Source: an uncultured Bacilli bacterium
GTDB lineage: Bacteria; Bacillota_I; Bacilli_A; RFN20; CAG-449
Reading direction: 5' to 3'
DNA length: 64,000 nt
Assembly (NCBI GenBank): GCA_947626895.1
Contig: CANQTY010000001.1
Coordinates: 2,477 to 66,476 of the forward strand
The translations under genes were made by a program, and so were the position numbers. Numbering within the stretch: the stretch's first letter is position 1; each line of letters opens with the position of its first letter. The notes under the pieces are model-generated. The model made no database searches, was not told where the DNA came from, and saw nothing but the letters and a program-made list of their open reading frames with translations. Positions 61,251-64,000 of the stretch are shown here, piece by piece.

Positions 61251-61417
61251 CTCCCCGCAAATTCACTTTGCAGGGAGTTTCGTCTAGCAATTTATATTCC
61301 GCATGCTAGTAAGCGGAACTTTCGAGCCAGCCACTTAATGGTTCGCCTGCTGGGCAGCGAAATACTTAGCATCCCAGCCATTTGATTGTACGCGTGCTGG
61401 TCAGCGAAAAACTTTCT
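61251..61417 (-). ncRNA. type III antitoxin RNA, about 2.5 x 47-nt repeats plus terminator (locus 2)
   Basis: half repeat 61296-61321, full repeats from 61329 and 61376 nearly identical to locus 1; promoter TTGACA(61452-61447)-17-TAGTAT(61429-61424); terminator hairpin CTCCCTGCAAA-loop-TTTGCGGGGAG + TTTTAT (61251-61277). Confidence 0.6.
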
Positions 61418-61554
61418 ATACTTATACTAGCAAATCGCTTCAAGTATGTCAACAATAATTTATTTTTTTTATAAGGCAAAATTATACACCAATTTATTTA
61501 TCTTAATTAAAATTTAAACTTCAATAATTTAGGTCTTCAAAAATAATCGATTTT

Positions 61555-62547
61555 TTAAATTTTTCCTTGCTCTTTATATTGTTTAATTAAATTTTCTAAT
61601 TTAGAGACAAGTAAAGGTAGTTCATCTAATGAAGTTAATTTACCTCCTGAAGCAAGTTCATGACCTCCACCGTTAAATTCACTAGCGATTCCATTGATAG
61701 GAATTTCTTTACTTCGAATTGATAATCTCCATTCATTCTTTTCTTTATCTTCTGTAATGGACATCCATACATCTACATCAGATAGATTAGACATTAAAGA
61801 AAGATTTTCTTTTCCTCTTCCAGGAGTGATATTTAATCTTTTTACATCTTCATCTTTTAAGACGTAATAAGCTACCCCATTACCAGTAAAGACAATATTA
61901 TTGATTACATGTTTTGTTACTAAGATATCTTCATGCGTTTTTTCATACATCTTTAAATAGACATCTTTAGAAATATTAATTCCTGTTTTCATTAATTCAC
62001 TAGCAATGATAAATGTATCACTAGTCACAGTATTAAATAAGAAACGACCTGAATCTCCCGCAACACCTGAAAATAGATACATTGCCGCGGTCTTCGAAAG
62101 AGGATATTTTTTCTTTTTTAAAGAGATAAAATCATATATTAATTCAGCACAAGAAGAAAGTTCATCATTAACAATATTGATTTTTCCATAAGGTTCAACA
62201 TTTGGATGATGATCAAATTTAATGATGGTTTGAGCATTTAAAAAGCGTTTATCATCGACTCTTTTTGTATCTCCAGTATCTACGACTATGGCTAAAAAAT
62301 CTTTAGGGAAATCTTCATCACTTATTTTTTCAATATGAGGATATAAACGTGGAGTAAAGGTAGGATGATCTTCTCCACAGAGTAAGATCTTTTTTGTAGG
62401 AAAACTATTTTTTAACCACGTAGCTAAACCAAACTGACATCCTAAAGCATCATAATCAGGGATTTCATGACGAAATACAACAATTGTATCATGCTTTAAT
62501 ATTTCTTTTAATACGGCTTTATAAGCCTTTTTATTTTCTTTAATCAT
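61555..62547 (-). CDS. nrnA: DHH-family phosphoesterase NrnA (nanoRNase/pAp phosphatase)
   Basis: DHH/DHHA1 architecture; C-terminal FNGGGHELASGG motif. Confidence 0.8.
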   Translation of the reverse strand: MIKENKKAYKAVLKEILKHDTIVVFRHEIPDYDALGCQFGLATWLKNSFPTKKILLCGEDHPTFTPRLYPHIEKISDEDFPKDFLAIVVDTGDTKRVDDKRFLNAQTIIKFDHHPNVEPYGKINIVNDELSSCAELIYDFISLKKKKYPLSKTAAMYLFSGVAGDSGRFLFNTVTSDTFIIASELMKTGINISKDVYLKMYEKTHEDILVTKHVINNIVFTGNGVAYYVLKDEDVKRLNITPGRGKENLSLMSNLSDVDVWMSITEDKEKNEWRLSIRSKEIPINGIASEFNGGGHELASGGKLTSLDELPLLVSKLENLIKQYKEQGKI

Positions 62548-62556
62548 ATAAAACTC

Positions 62557-62721
62557 CTAGGGTAATAAACCTCCAAATACGACGACTAAAATAATTACAA
62601 TAATCACGACAATAAAAAGAATGAGTAAACTAAAAAAGATTGCTCGATCATAAGGATTTTTAAAGGAAAACTTTTTTTCCTCTTTTGGTCTTTCAACTGG
62701 TTTATTGTTTTTAATAATCAT
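62557..62721 (-). CDS. small hydrophobic protein (about 54 aa), not in ORF track
   Basis: MIIKNNKPVERPKEEKKFSFKNPYDRAIFFSLLILFIVVIIVIILVVVFGGLLP; stop 8 nt upstream of the nrnA start. Confidence 0.3.
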   Translation of the reverse strand: MIIKNNKPVERPKEEKKFSFKNPYDRAIFFSLLILFIVVIIVIILVVVFGGLLP

Positions 62722-62807
62722 CGAATCACCTTATTTATTATAACAAATTCATTACTAAAGGAAAAGAGCTACTTTCGTAGCCCTTTTCAAGTTATGAATA
62801 ATTATAT

Positions 62808-63833
62808 TTATCTTTGTACACGTCCAGAAGCATCACCATTCATTAAGGTTTCTACTTCTTCTTTAGATACATGATTTGTATCACCAGGAATTGTATGCTT
62901 TAACGCGGAAGCTGCAACACCGAATTCCACAGCCTTTTTAATATCAAAGTTATATTCAATTAAACCATGAATTAAGCCTGCGGCAAAGGAATCTCCTCCT
63001 CCGACACGATCGACGATTCGAACATCATATTTTTTGGAATGATAGAATTCTTTCCCATCATAGATTGCTGCAGACCATCCATTATCAGAGGCACTATAAG
63101 ATTCTCTTAAGGAAGAGCATACCACTTTAAAGTGATATTTATTCACCATTTGAGTAAAGACATCTTTATAAGCTTCTAAATCTAATGAACCTTTGGTGAC
63201 ATCTGTTTTACCAGCTTTAAATCCTAAGCAAGCTTCTGCATCTTCTTCATTACCAATACAAACATCAACGTATTGCATGAGACGATCCATGACTTTTTGA
63301 GCTTTTTCTTTACTCCATAATTTCTTACGGAAGTTTAAATCACAAGATACGATTACACCATGTCTTTTTGCAGCTTTTAAAGCTTCTTCAGTTAATTTAA
63401 TAGCATCATCACCAAGCGCTGGAGTAATTCCTGTAAAGTGGAACCAATCTTTTCCTTCAAAGATGGCATCAAAATCAAAGTCTTCTGCTTTTGCTTCGGA
63501 GATGGATGAATGTGCGCGGTCATAAATGACTTTTGAAGGTCTCATGGAACAACCTGTTTCTAAATAATAAATACCAACACGTTCCCCTCCACGAGCGATA
63601 TGGCAGGTACAAACACCATATTCTCTTAAAGAATTGATTGCGCTATCACCGATTTCATTTTTTGGTAATTTGGTGACAAAGCAAGCTTTATGACCATAAT
63701 TTGCTAGAGAAACTGCGACATTTGCTTCTCCTCCACCATAACAGACATCAAAAGATTTTGCTTGCACAAATCTTTGAAATCCAGGGGTAGATAGACGGAG
63801 CATAATTTCTCCCATTGTTACTACTTTTGCCAT
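62808..63833 (-). CDS. kdgK: 2-dehydro-3-deoxygluconokinase paralogue (PfkB family)
   Basis: MGEIMLRLSTPG..YGGGEANVAVSLANYGH N-terminus; C-terminal GGGDSF motif; immediately downstream of eda. Confidence 0.85.
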   Translation of the reverse strand: MAKVVTMGEIMLRLSTPGFQRFVQAKSFDVCYGGGEANVAVSLANYGHKACFVTKLPKNEIGDSAINSLREYGVCTCHIARGGERVGIYYLETGCSMRPSKVIYDRAHSSISEAKAEDFDFDAIFEGKDWFHFTGITPALGDDAIKLTEEALKAAKRHGVIVSCDLNFRKKLWSKEKAQKVMDRLMQYVDVCIGNEEDAEACLGFKAGKTDVTKGSLDLEAYKDVFTQMVNKYHFKVVCSSLRESYSASDNGWSAAIYDGKEFYHSKKYDVRIVDRVGGGDSFAAGLIHGLIEYNFDIKKAVEFGVAASALKHTIPGDTNHVSKEEVETLMNGDASGRVQR

Positions 63834-63853
63834 AATTAATATTTCTCCTTTAT

Positions 63854-64000
63854 TTATTTACGAGCTTCTTGAACTTTTTTAACAAATTCTTTTGCTATTG
63901 CAGTTACTTTTTCAAAATCACCTGTTTTTGCAGGTTTTGTTAATTCTCCACCAACACCAACTGCAACACAACCAGCTTTAATCCAATCAGCACAATTGTC
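63854..64000 (-). CDS. eda: KDPG aldolase, 3' end only (runs off the window)
   Basis: C-terminal ..DNCADWIKAGCVAVGVGGELTKPAKTGDFEKVTAIAKEFVKKVQEARK typical of Eda; GGAGA RBS of kdgK follows. Confidence 0.7.
   Translation of the reverse strand, partial: DNCADWIKAGCVAVGVGGELTKPAKTGDFEKVTAIAKEFVKKVQEARK

Overview
AT-rich (about 28-30% GC) chromosomal window from a low-GC Firmicute. The Gpr-like spore protease, T-box upstream of tyrS, ECF S-component next to coaX and GGAGG-type RBSs suggest Clostridia or Erysipelotrichia. The backbone is ordinary housekeeping: dinG-like helicase, rpsU, a dnaE-polA-fpg/coaE replication/repair operon, a hexuronate/pectin catabolic cluster (uxaCAB, kduI, kdgK, msmX-like ATPase, CE4 and SGNH esterases), tyrS, ackA, cysK, coaX, tkt, pfk, trmB, pepV, fmt, nrnA and kdgK-eda. 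The most striking content is a set of scattered defence/accessory modules. (1) Two tandem type III toxin-antitoxin loci (about 59997-61452, minus strand). Each has a sigma-70 promoter, 2 to 2.5 direct repeats of 47 nt (the RNA antitoxin), a terminator hairpin, an RBS and a ToxN/AbiQ-like toxin ORF. The repeat RNAs are nearly identical between the two loci but the toxins have diverged. (2) An XRE-ImmA/IrrE-PIN three-gene module (40656-42268) behind a consensus promoter. (3) An Abi_2 (AbiD/F-like) abortive-infection gene with a small membrane-protein partner (18553-20139). (4) A small sigma-70 region-4-like regulator (16190-16549) heading an operon of secreted and membrane proteins. About 60 nt upstream of it are conserved, in the same relative orientation, upstream of an orphan 425-aa gene 38 kb away (54289). 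(5) Two arrays of 32-33-nt-period T-tract direct repeats in promoter regions (6227-6322; 53900-54012). (6) An unclassified, conserved-looking structured leader upstream of tkt. All calls are from reading the sequence and motif memory. No database searches were run.
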